Below, piece by piece: positions 1 through 7,764 of a DNA stretch of 40,300 bases. The notes under the pieces were generated by a model that was given only the letters and a program-made list of their open reading frames with translations, was not told where the DNA came from and ran no database searches. How positions within the stretch are numbered: the first letter of the stretch is position 1; each line of letters begins with the position of its first letter. The translations under genes were made by a program, and so were the position numbers. The stretch comes from Deltaproteobacteria bacterium (lineage in GTDB: Bacteria > Desulfobacterota > JADFXK01): assembly GCA_015233295.1 (NCBI GenBank), contig JADFYC010000002.1:1-40300 (forward strand), read 5' to 3'.

Positions 1-22
1 TATTATTTATATAAGTTATAGC

Positions 23-53
23 TTGTATATTGAGAGCTATTATACTATATAAT
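23..53 (+). promoter_or_regulatory. Candidate sigma70-type promoter (TTGTAT-N17-TATATAAT) in the AT-rich leader of the first cassette
   Basis: TTGTAT at 23-28, a 17-nt spacer, then TATATA at 46-51 (TATAAT at 48-53). It lies in very AT-rich DNA, where such matches arise by chance. Confidence 0.2.
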
Positions 54-174
54 ATCATATAATACAACAAAAAAGCAGGACTAATATGGCATATTTTGGG
101 TATGCACTAAGTTAAGAAAAAACCTCTCGAAGAGTTTTGCAAGAGGCTCTGAGTTATGTGCTTATACCGCCCTG

Positions 175-864
175 TTGACCGGCGCCGCCATCCATCGGTC
201 TGGAATAAAAGATAAGTTGTGGGAACAAAGCAGTCAATCAGGTGGATTAATTGGTGTTAGAATATATCTATTCGGCCGTGCCTGGCACCTGGCTGAATAT
301 CATCCTCGGATAGCCCATAAGGGCAAGCCCAAAACACGTTATATCCCCGAGATCATAAAAAAGGATATCTGTGACCTGTTCAACGATTCGGTCAGGCCGG
401 AAATATTTGGTGTAGATTTCCCCAGGCTGGAAAACATCAACATCGATATTGCCGGTGAACCGGAAACATCCAAACTGGCTTGTTCCTTGGGGAGCATCAG
501 TCCCAGAAATGTAGTCGCGATTGGGGATGGCATCCATAACGATCCGACATTCCTGGGGCTGTCTTACACTGACAGCGAAGAGCAGCGGGTAGACTGGTTT
601 CAACACCTGGGTGAGAATCCCATTCCTTATCCGGAAAATGTAGATCAATCAGCCTTATCGCCTTCTATGGTGATTACTTCAACCGAACTGGCGAACCTCT
701 TCGCCAATAAATTTAACGAAATGAGCCTGGGCGATCCGCTGAAGAGGGGCCGGGTGGCCAGAAATTTTGTCGAGTATTTATTGGAATGCCAGATAGGTGG
801 TTATCGGGGCCATATCAAGGGAATTACATTAAATGCCGGCATGATTCCTGACCCAAAGAAATAA
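175..864 (+). CDS. Hypothetical protein; no signal peptide and no motif I recognise. First gene of the cassette.
   Basis: 690-nt ORF on the same strand as the four following genes. It has a TTG start and no in-frame ATG near the 5' end, so the start is uncertain. Antisense ORFs at 268-648 and 339-533 look like shadows. Confidence 0.45.
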   Translation: MTGAAIHRSGIKDKLWEQSSQSGGLIGVRIYLFGRAWHLAEYHPRIAHKGKPKTRYIPEIIKKDICDLFNDSVRPEIFGVDFPRLENINIDIAGEPETSKLACSLGSISPRNVVAIGDGIHNDPTFLGLSYTDSEEQRVDWFQHLGENPIPYPENVDQSALSPSMVITSTELANLFANKFNEMSLGDPLKRGRVARNFVEYLLECQIGGYRGHIKGITLNAGMIPDPKK

Positions 865-984
865 CCGCCGGAGACCCGCAGGTTAACTACGAGGGATTCG
901 GACGCGGTGTGATGACGAGTTACGCATCAGACGGTTGCTGGTCTTTGGGAGTCATGTTCACCCCCTTTTCAGGCAGAATAAATC

Positions 985-2235
985 ATGAAGTTTTTTTGCT
1001 ATCTGACCATGATCATCACTTTGTTGGCGGCCAACAGCCTGGCCAACGCGGTCGGCTGTGAGAAGTTGTACAGAGATTTGCCCAATTCATGGCCTGAATT
1101 CCATAAAGAATGCCTTAAGGGCGATGGATTCAATGATAGAATAATGGCATCTACGGTTGAATATTTTAAGGGGGCCACTAACGACGGAACGTACAGTTCT
1201 CCTGCACATGTAATTGACTTCTTATATGTGTTACGGGAAAAGGGAAAGGGCTGGAAAGATGTTCCCGAAGTATGCCAAATGGTATCGCTTTTGCTGAAAA
1301 GCAATAAATTGGATAAAAGTAAGAAAGCAGAAGTTGATGGGTTGAGGCTATGGTTTAAATGTGGGGAGTCGAAGTCATCCGTCACCTTTGACCCGAAGAC
1401 GGAAGGTGGCCAAACTCAAAAAAGTGATCGATCCGCCCCTTCGGATATCCCATTGACCGTCCCCAATTATTTAATACTCTCTATCTTGGAGAATGTCGTC
1501 ATCTTGGCCGCGCTGGGGTTCATATATTGGAGGAACCGGAGGGACATTAAAACGCTCGATGATAATATCATACATTTATCCAGGCACATTCAGAATCTTC
1601 AACTCCTTCCGGGGACGAATCATAGGGCAGAGCCACCCAATCGGATCCCGGAAATCTTTGAACTTCTTCGGCAGATTAAGGGCGATCTGGGTGTGATTAT
1701 AAATAGAGGAGAAGTGACTAAGACGATCGTATCCTCACGGGATTACCCCTCCGGTTACGGAGCCTCCATGTTCGGCACGAGCAGCTACGGGGGCACAAGC
1801 ACGATCACTACCGAACAGCCGGACTCTAACCAGAAGTCATTTCCGCAACGGTTGTTTGACGTCATGATTAGCTCCGGCAACCTGCAGAAAATCAAAGATA
1901 GCGTGAGTACGATACTGGCTCAAAGTAATAGAAATCCGAAGGTTTTTATAGGTCAACCGGTCAGGATTAAAGGGGAGGACGAAACTTACTATTTTCAGGA
2001 GGGATTACCTGAAGATGATGCCTTCGCCATGTTCGGTCTGGATGATCAAAAGTTGTTGATTCCGTGTCGGGTAAAAGACCTGCCGGCCTCCAACGTTTTG
2101 AAACAAGTATACGTCGTCCCTCCCGGACTGACCCGAGTCCAACGTATCGCCTCCCCCACCCAGATCATTCTTCGCAAATCATCCGCTGGAGGTATCGCCT
2201 ATTTCACCATCCAATCGAAAGGAACGATTGCATGA
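985..2235 (+). CDS. Hypothetical bitopic envelope protein: N-terminal signal peptide, an extracytoplasmic domain of about 150 aa, one TM helix and a C-terminal domain of about 220 aa
   Basis: ATG start. The signal-like N-terminus is MKFFCYLTMIITLLAANSLANA followed by VGC (a possible weak lipobox). The internal hydrophobic helix is YLILSILENVVILAALGFIYW followed by RNRRD. The stop overlaps the next start (ATGA at 2232-2235). Confidence 0.65.
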   Translation: MKFFCYLTMIITLLAANSLANAVGCEKLYRDLPNSWPEFHKECLKGDGFNDRIMASTVEYFKGATNDGTYSSPAHVIDFLYVLREKGKGWKDVPEVCQMVSLLLKSNKLDKSKKAEVDGLRLWFKCGESKSSVTFDPKTEGGQTQKSDRSAPSDIPLTVPNYLILSILENVVILAALGFIYWRNRRDIKTLDDNIIHLSRHIQNLQLLPGTNHRAEPPNRIPEIFELLRQIKGDLGVIINRGEVTKTIVSSRDYPSGYGASMFGTSSYGGTSTITTEQPDSNQKSFPQRLFDVMISSGNLQKIKDSVSTILAQSNRNPKVFIGQPVRIKGEDETYYFQEGLPEDDAFAMFGLDDQKLLIPCRVKDLPASNVLKQVYVVPPGLTRVQRIASPTQIILRKSSAGGIAYFTIQSKGTIA

Positions 2236-3257
2236 AAATATTCTTAGCCATAATTTTGTCCGTGGTCTTTGGGCCATTGCTGGTTTCTCTCGGATGGAGT
2301 CAGGTTTATGTGGAATACTCAAGGGAGATGGTCGGGGTGCTAAAGGATGGGGAGGCTGTGGAATTCGTCCGGCAGGTGGTGGCGGGACAGGGTACGGTGC
2401 TCTATGCCGGTCAGACCCCGGGTAGCGGGACGGAGCAGCAGGCGCCACTGGGGCCAAAGGGGGCTGATGCCTTGCTGGAATGCTTTAAGGAAGATCGTCT
2501 CGACGGCAAATGCCACGCCAGTTACCAACTGGAGCGCGGCCCGGAAGGACGTCACGCCGTCAACTTCCGGTTTATTAAAGAAGCAGGTGGACCTCTGGCC
2601 AGTGTTAGCGTTTTGTTCACCTCATACAAAGGCAAGATGAAAGAACTCAAAAGCATCTTGGCCGAAACGGGATTACCTTTCCATCTCATCCACCACACCA
2701 CATCCGCTGGAAACAAGCTCTTCTATCTGTCATTTGGTTCAGTTAAAGATACCGGCTTATTGGCCGGGATCCAGCCCTTTAGCCGAGACCTTGGGTTACA
2801 GACTTGCGGAGCGTCCTGTGACGGCAACCGTCGGGTCAATCTACTTCAGAAGTGTTTTCAAGGGCGTTATCCGGGCTTGATTCGAGGCATCCAATACGTT
2901 TACCCGGACAAGGACATCTTGCCCGATTTTATCGACTGTCCCAAAGGCACCTTCCCGCCGGAACCCAGTCTCACTGAGGACCTGATCTTGCGTTTGTCGG
3001 GGTCTGAGGAGAACTTTTACAAGGGGTTGGTCAAGTGTGTTGATTCTGTTCGGGGAAAGAAACCCAAGGACTCGAAGCCGGGGTCCGGGATCAAGCTTCA
3101 GATCAAAATGAGTGTGATGCGGGCTAACCCCGAGCGCTTCAACGCATTACCGGGTGAGGTGGCCGAGATGCTCACGTCATTGGCCGGAGAGAGCCGAGAA
3201 CAATATCTCAAACCCACGCAGAAGACCCTTTCCTTGACCATTTCCAATTGCCGTTAA
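2232..3257 (+). CDS. Hypothetical secreted or membrane-anchored protein (341 aa)
   Basis: The track ORF 2064-3257 carries an implausible Pro/Arg-rich extension. The in-frame ATG at 2232 gives MKIFLAIILSVVFGPLLVSLGWSQ (signal or anchor) and forms an ATGA overlap with the upstream stop, which suggests translational coupling. Confidence 0.65.
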   Translation: MKIFLAIILSVVFGPLLVSLGWSQVYVEYSREMVGVLKDGEAVEFVRQVVAGQGTVLYAGQTPGSGTEQQAPLGPKGADALLECFKEDRLDGKCHASYQLERGPEGRHAVNFRFIKEAGGPLASVSVLFTSYKGKMKELKSILAETGLPFHLIHHTTSAGNKLFYLSFGSVKDTGLLAGIQPFSRDLGLQTCGASCDGNRRVNLLQKCFQGRYPGLIRGIQYVYPDKDILPDFIDCPKGTFPPEPSLTEDLILRLSGSEENFYKGLVKCVDSVRGKKPKDSKPGSGIKLQIKMSVMRANPERFNALPGEVAEMLTSLAGESREQYLKPTQKTLSLTISNCR

Positions 3258-3423
3258 CGGGGACGGGATGAAGCAAAACGCGTAATAAACTTAAATATCA
3301 GTTACTACTGGCAATCATGGCCTGAGCGGCGCAGACGTCATCAGAGGCCGTCCGGGAGTTTCTTTTGGGCTGAGGGACCGGCGGCCCCGGCCCTGGACAC
3401 ATCGGCCTAACCTGGGTGAACAC

Positions 3424-5091
3424 ATGGATCTTATCCACTCGCTAGTTTTCGGCATGAAAAATTTTGACTTAGTTTCCTGGTATGAGATTTACACCAGACA
3501 CTCCCTCTTCTTTATCCATTTGATTTTGATTATTATTCTAATCGCTCACTGGTTTACCGCCGTATTCAATTATTTCAGCCGGAATAGATGGGAGCTTAGG
3601 CAGGAACCCGGCCATGCTGAAAGATATGTGCGCCGAATCGACCAGACCTATCACTTTTTCGCGGAACTATTTCTACTAACCGGCCTGGCCGGCACGGCCC
3701 TGGTCATTCAATACGTGCTGAAGTACGGGACGCTGGGCATCGAAGAAATCAGGTCCATCCGTCAGGGCATTGCCTTTAGCGCCGCCGGTATCGCCCTGGC
3801 CGTCGTCTGTTATTTGTTGCGCACGGTACTTCTATGGCTCTATCGAGGGGCGATGATCCAGATCTATCGCCAGCGGGCCAATCGGGAGACGGATCAAATA
3901 GATGAATTACGGCAAATCAGAATGCTCCTTTTTCAAATGGTGGAAGGCCAACAGATGCCGGCCACGCCTTTACAGGAGTTCACCCGGCAACTGGGGGAAC
4001 TTAAAGAAACTTTTAAGTCCAGCGAAATACAAAAGCAATTTGCTTCGGAACTGGGCAAGGTGATTGATCAGTGGCAGAACCAGTCGGAGGAGCGGCTGAT
4101 AGTGTTGAAAGAGGCCGTAATCCAGGCCACCGGGATGTTGCAGGAAACGCAAAAATTTATGGACCGGCAGATCGAACACTCCGACAGGTTCATGAGGCAA
4201 TTGTCCGAGATGAAATTAGAGGTATCCCACACCGGGACCGGCATCCGGCAAAATATGGAAGAGCTGGTCCAGGATATTACCCAGGTCCGGCAACTGTTTA
4301 TTGAAGAATTAAAGCAAATTCCTGTAATTTTAAAAGATCACAGCGAGACCATGATCACTTCTATGACCCAGTCGCAGGGAAATATCCTGACCCGTTTCAC
4401 CGAACAGACCTCGGCCTATTTGCAATGCCATCGGGGGTATATCGACGAGAACCGAGAGCTGATCAGGGCCTCCATCGATATTGCGGTAGCCAAATCTTAC
4501 GAATTGCTGCAGCAGTCGGTGGAGGGATTAATGGCCTCCTTGCATCACCGGTTAGAGCAGGAACACCAGGCCTATCTTGATAAACTAGGTAAATATCATG
4601 AGTTGATCGAAAGCCTGGAAGGTTCTGTGGACGTCCGGGTCCAGGAGGCCGCCCAAATCTTCAGGACGGAACTGGAGACCATCCTGCACTATCATCGTAC
4701 CCTGATGAGTCAAAACAAAGAGCGCGATGACGGCCTACTGCAGGCCTGGACCGGCTCCTTCCTGCAACTGAATAAGCTGGTGGAAGGGCAGTTTATCGAC
4801 AAATTCCAGGAGAGCACCAACGGGCTGAATAATGCCCTGGTTGGCTGCTGCACGACTGTGGTCAGGTCTCATAGCTCCTACCAGTCCTTGACTGATCAAT
4901 TGATCAGAGCCCAAACGACGACGCAAAAGGCTATGGAATCCAATGTCAAACTTTTGGCCGCCGAAAGGCAGTCCATATCCCGGTTAGCATCTAAAATCCA
5001 AGAGATGGACGCGGCAGTCCGAGTCATCGGTGATCCCTACCAGGTGGTCAAGCAGGCCATGGTCAATCTGCTCAACAAGAAGATCTGGTGA
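3424..5091 (+). CDS. MotA/ExbB/TolQ-family-like channel protein with a long C-terminal coiled-coil tail (ZorA-like architecture)
   Basis: There are three predicted TM helices within residues 25-140. TM2 (FLLTGLAGTALVIQ) resembles the GLLGTV signature of MotA/ExbB, and TM3 (GIAFSAAGIALAVVCYLL) resembles the AL.TT..GL..A helix. Residues 145-555 are Q/E/L/R-rich with heptad character. A MotB-like gene follows directly. Confidence 0.6.
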   Translation: MDLIHSLVFGMKNFDLVSWYEIYTRHSLFFIHLILIIILIAHWFTAVFNYFSRNRWELRQEPGHAERYVRRIDQTYHFFAELFLLTGLAGTALVIQYVLKYGTLGIEEIRSIRQGIAFSAAGIALAVVCYLLRTVLLWLYRGAMIQIYRQRANRETDQIDELRQIRMLLFQMVEGQQMPATPLQEFTRQLGELKETFKSSEIQKQFASELGKVIDQWQNQSEERLIVLKEAVIQATGMLQETQKFMDRQIEHSDRFMRQLSEMKLEVSHTGTGIRQNMEELVQDITQVRQLFIEELKQIPVILKDHSETMITSMTQSQGNILTRFTEQTSAYLQCHRGYIDENRELIRASIDIAVAKSYELLQQSVEGLMASLHHRLEQEHQAYLDKLGKYHELIESLEGSVDVRVQEAAQIFRTELETILHYHRTLMSQNKERDDGLLQAWTGSFLQLNKLVEGQFIDKFQESTNGLNNALVGCCTTVVRSHSSYQSLTDQLIRAQTTTQKAMESNVKLLAAERQSISRLASKIQEMDAAVRVIGDPYQVVKQAMVNLLNKKIW

Positions 5092-5200
5092 ACTATCCGG
5101 CGCTCATTCAAAGCGGGAGGCTCCGTTATGTGCGTTCCCGAAGGTTCTGCCCAGGCCTCTGAATATTGTAGCATCCCCTTTAGTCCCGACGAGATAGACT

Positions 5201-6049
5201 ATGCTTAAGATGGAGCGAAACAGCATTTCCTGGATAGGCATTGCCGACTTATTTTTGTTCTTGTTCCTTTTTTTTCTCGCCGCCTACATCATGGCTGCGT
5301 CCGAAAACAAGACTACCACGGATTGCTCCGGGAAATTGCGCCGGGTGGAAAATGAGAATAGGGAATTAAAGAAAAGATTAGCCGAACTGGAGGACGCCCT
5401 GCACCGCTGCCAGGCGGACCTCAGCCGCTGTCGGGAGGATCTGCGTCAATGCCGGGATGACAATATCCGGCTGGGCCAGGGAAGATTCATCTCCGATAGC
5501 TTCGGAGCGGTTATCGGCCAGGCCCTAAATGCCTTGAATGAATTGAAGCAGCAAATGGAGGCGCGCAATTTTCCGGTTCAGATTGACCGGCGGCCCGACA
5601 GTTTGTTCTTTGACATGCAGGTGTTCTTCCGACACGAGGGTTTGGATGTAACCAAAAGAGAAGAACGCGAGGCGATTATGATTATCGGGAAGGAATTCCG
5701 CCGGATCCTGGATCAAAGGCATACCTTTAAGCTTAGGGAAAGCGAAGAACACACCTTCTATCTGCACGAGGTGATGCGGATCGTCATCGAAGGCCACACG
5801 GATGAAACAAAGAAGAACGAAATGGCCAACTTCTACTACTCCGCCGGCCGGGCCCAGACCGTCCTGGATATCTTGATGAAGGAGTGTGGTTTGAAGCCGC
5901 CAAAGTATAGGATCAGCACCGCCTCTTATGCCGAATTCGGCCGGAAACCCAAATCGTCTCCTGATGATAGCGCAGACGCCATTGACCAAAAAATGCGCCG
6001 GGTGACCATCAGCATCGTCCCCGATTATGACCGGTTGCCGAGTAAGTAG
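5201..6049 (+). CDS. MotB/ZorB-like protein: TM helix with a conserved Asp, a periplasmic coiled coil and an OmpA-like peptidoglycan-binding domain
   Basis: The N-terminal SWIGIADLFLFLFLFFLAAYIM resembles the MotB YADFMT..MAFF plug/TM with the proton-relay Asp. The C-terminus carries OmpA-family motifs: RIVIEGHTDE, N..YSAGRAQTV, RRVTISIVP. An alternative ATG start is at 5210. Confidence 0.75.
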   Translation: MLKMERNSISWIGIADLFLFLFLFFLAAYIMAASENKTTTDCSGKLRRVENENRELKKRLAELEDALHRCQADLSRCREDLRQCRDDNIRLGQGRFISDSFGAVIGQALNALNELKQQMEARNFPVQIDRRPDSLFFDMQVFFRHEGLDVTKREEREAIMIIGKEFRRILDQRHTFKLRESEEHTFYLHEVMRIVIEGHTDETKKNEMANFYYSAGRAQTVLDILMKECGLKPPKYRISTASYAEFGRKPKSSPDDSADAIDQKMRRVTISIVPDYDRLPSK

Positions 6050-6107
6050 GGTGGTGGTGCGGCTGTTGTTACCTTTCTATATGGAGATCATCACAGGCAA
6101 GCACTCC

Positions 6108-7466
6108 TCACCCCATAACCCGTCGCGCCGCGGCCACTTTGGCTTCTACCAGGGATTGGAGGCGCAGGAGTTCGGCCTCGGTGTCGGCCTCGAAACGCAT
6201 GACAATGACCGGTTGAGTGTTGGAAGCCCGGACGAGACCCCAGCCATGATCGAAGATCGCCCGGACGCCGTCTATGTCGATTATCCGGTAATCCTTGCGC
6301 AGCTCCTCCTTGACCGCCTCGACCAGGGCGAATTTGAGATGGTCGGGGCAATCGACCCTGATTTCCGGGGTGGTAAATCCTTCCGGCACGTCGGCCAAAT
6401 ATTCGGATAGGGGCTTGTTGTCCCGGGACATGATCTCAATCAGCCGGAGCGAGGCATATAAGGCGTCGTCAAAGCCCAGGAAGCGGTCGGCAAAGAACAT
6501 GTGCCCGCTCATCTCCCCGCCTAAAGCGGCGTCTTCCTCAAGCATCTTCTGTTTCATCAGGGAGTGACCCGTCTTCCACATCACCGCCCGGCCACCGTGC
6601 TGTTCAATGTCCCGGAAAAGCTTGTCTGAGCACTTCACCTCACCCAATATGGCCGCTCCAGGCCGCCGAGCCAGAATCTCCCGGGCAAAGATGACCAACA
6701 ACCGGTCCCCATAAATGACCCGGCCCCGTTCATCAACCACTCCCACCCGATCTCCATCGCCGTCAAACCCGATGCCCACTTCCAGGTGCTGCGACTTAAC
6801 CAGGGCGACCAGGTCCACAATGTTGGCCATTACGGTGGGGTCGGGCGGATGGTTGGGGAATCGGCCGTCCACATCGCAATAGATGCCGGTGGCCTTGATG
6901 CCCAGGGCCTGATACGCGGCCAGGGCCATGGGACCACCGGCGCCGTTCCCGGCATCGACCCCGATGGTTATCGGTCGCTGGATATGGATATTCTTGACCA
7001 GGTAATCCAGGTAGGGCGTGGCCACATCGGCCTGGGTGACGAACCCTTTTCCTTCGGCGAAATCACCTTTTTCAGCAATCATCCGGATTTCTTGAATCTC
7101 CGCCCCGGAAATAGTGTGCGGCCCGGTGCAGATTTTGAATCCATTATATTGAGGCGGGTTATGGCTGGCCGTAATCATTACCCCGCCTTGTTTCTTAAAG
7201 GCATGAATGGAAAAATAGAGCATGGGAGTAGTGACCAGGCCGACATCGGTTACCTGTATCCCGGCTCCGGTTAGACCCTGGGTCAACAGGTCCACATAAC
7301 GGTCTGAGCTGAGCCGGCAATCGTGTCCTAAGGTAATATCATTCACTCCCCTGGAAAGATAATAGGTACCCATGGCCCGGCCGAGTCTGATTACCCCGGC
7401 GTCATCCAATTCTTTATCGACAACGGCTCTAATATCGTATTCTCTAAAAATTACCGGATCAATCAT
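6108..7466 (-). CDS. Phosphomannomutase/phosphoglucomutase (alpha-D-phosphohexomutase family)
   Basis: It has the catalytic phosphoserine loop TASHNPPQYNGFK, the metal loop FDGDGDR and the sugar loop GGEMSGH. The track starts at TTG 7478, but ATG 7466 (MIDPVIFREYDIR) is preceded by GGAGG 5 nt upstream, so I prefer 7466. Confidence 0.9.
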   Translation of the reverse strand: MIDPVIFREYDIRAVVDKELDDAGVIRLGRAMGTYYLSRGVNDITLGHDCRLSSDRYVDLLTQGLTGAGIQVTDVGLVTTPMLYFSIHAFKKQGGVMITASHNPPQYNGFKICTGPHTISGAEIQEIRMIAEKGDFAEGKGFVTQADVATPYLDYLVKNIHIQRPITIGVDAGNGAGGPMALAAYQALGIKATGIYCDVDGRFPNHPPDPTVMANIVDLVALVKSQHLEVGIGFDGDGDRVGVVDERGRVIYGDRLLVIFAREILARRPGAAILGEVKCSDKLFRDIEQHGGRAVMWKTGHSLMKQKMLEEDAALGGEMSGHMFFADRFLGFDDALYASLRLIEIMSRDNKPLSEYLADVPEGFTTPEIRVDCPDHLKFALVEAVKEELRKDYRIIDIDGVRAIFDHGWGLVRASNTQPVIVMRFEADTEAELLRLQSLVEAKVAAARRVMG

Positions 7467-7491
7467 GCCTTCCTCCAAGAATTATTAAGAA

Positions 7492-7540
7492 GTTGCGGGG
7501 TTCGTGTTACGGGTTACGGGTTGCTGGTTACATGTTGCCA
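7492..7540 (+). repeat. Tandem heptamer array (GTTRCNN) x7, in exact 7-nt phase
   Basis: The units read gttgcgg ggttcgt gttacgg gttacgg gttgctg gttacat gttgcca. The array lies 26 nt upstream of the phosphomannomutase start on the opposite strand. Confidence 0.8.
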
Positions 7541-7590
7541 GTCTATGACGTTAATTTGTGGTTAAATTTGATTAACTTCACGGCTCCCCC

Positions 7591-7649
7591 TTGTCATTTC
7601 GAGCGAAGCGAGAAATCTTAAGATTCCTCACATTCGTTCGGAATGACAA
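7591..7649. repeat. 59-nt imperfect palindrome (REP/MITE-like intergenic hairpin element)
   Basis: The arm ttgtcatttcgagcgaa (7591-7607) pairs with ttcgttcggaatgacaa (7633-7649). The pairing is 17 bp if two G-U pairs are allowed. The loop contains a nested palindrome, aatcttaagatt. Confidence 0.6.
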
Positions 7650-7764
7650 AATGGGAATCGTTGGACCAAGCGGGAATCATTGTTATTTGGTTGCGGCTTA
7701 AGGCGCACGGCGTTGGGCTTTTTCCCGAAATGTTATAACCCAACCTGAGCGCCGACCCGAGGCA

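Noticed and set aside
2064-2231. The N-terminal 56-codon extension of the track ORF 2064-3257
   Set aside because: The extension is Pro/Arg/Ser-rich and lies entirely inside the upstream gene. The ATG at 2232 gives a signal peptide and an ATGA coupling overlap.
175-6049. Calling the cassette a canonical Zorya type I, II or III defence system
   Set aside because: Only the ZorA/ZorB-like architecture is visible. No ZorC/ZorD (helicase/nuclease), ZorE (HNH) or ZorF/ZorG-like gene follows the pair, and the gene order differs. I therefore report it as Zorya-like at most.
6027-6410. Plus-strand ORFs (6027-6410, 6295-6567, 6786-7274) and minus-strand ORFs (6091-6351, 6635-6820) overlapping the phosphomannomutase gene
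   Set aside because: They are shadow ORFs, either antisense to or in alternative frames of a gene with unmistakable phosphohexomutase motifs. Their translations are Arg/Gly/Pro-rich and low-complexity.
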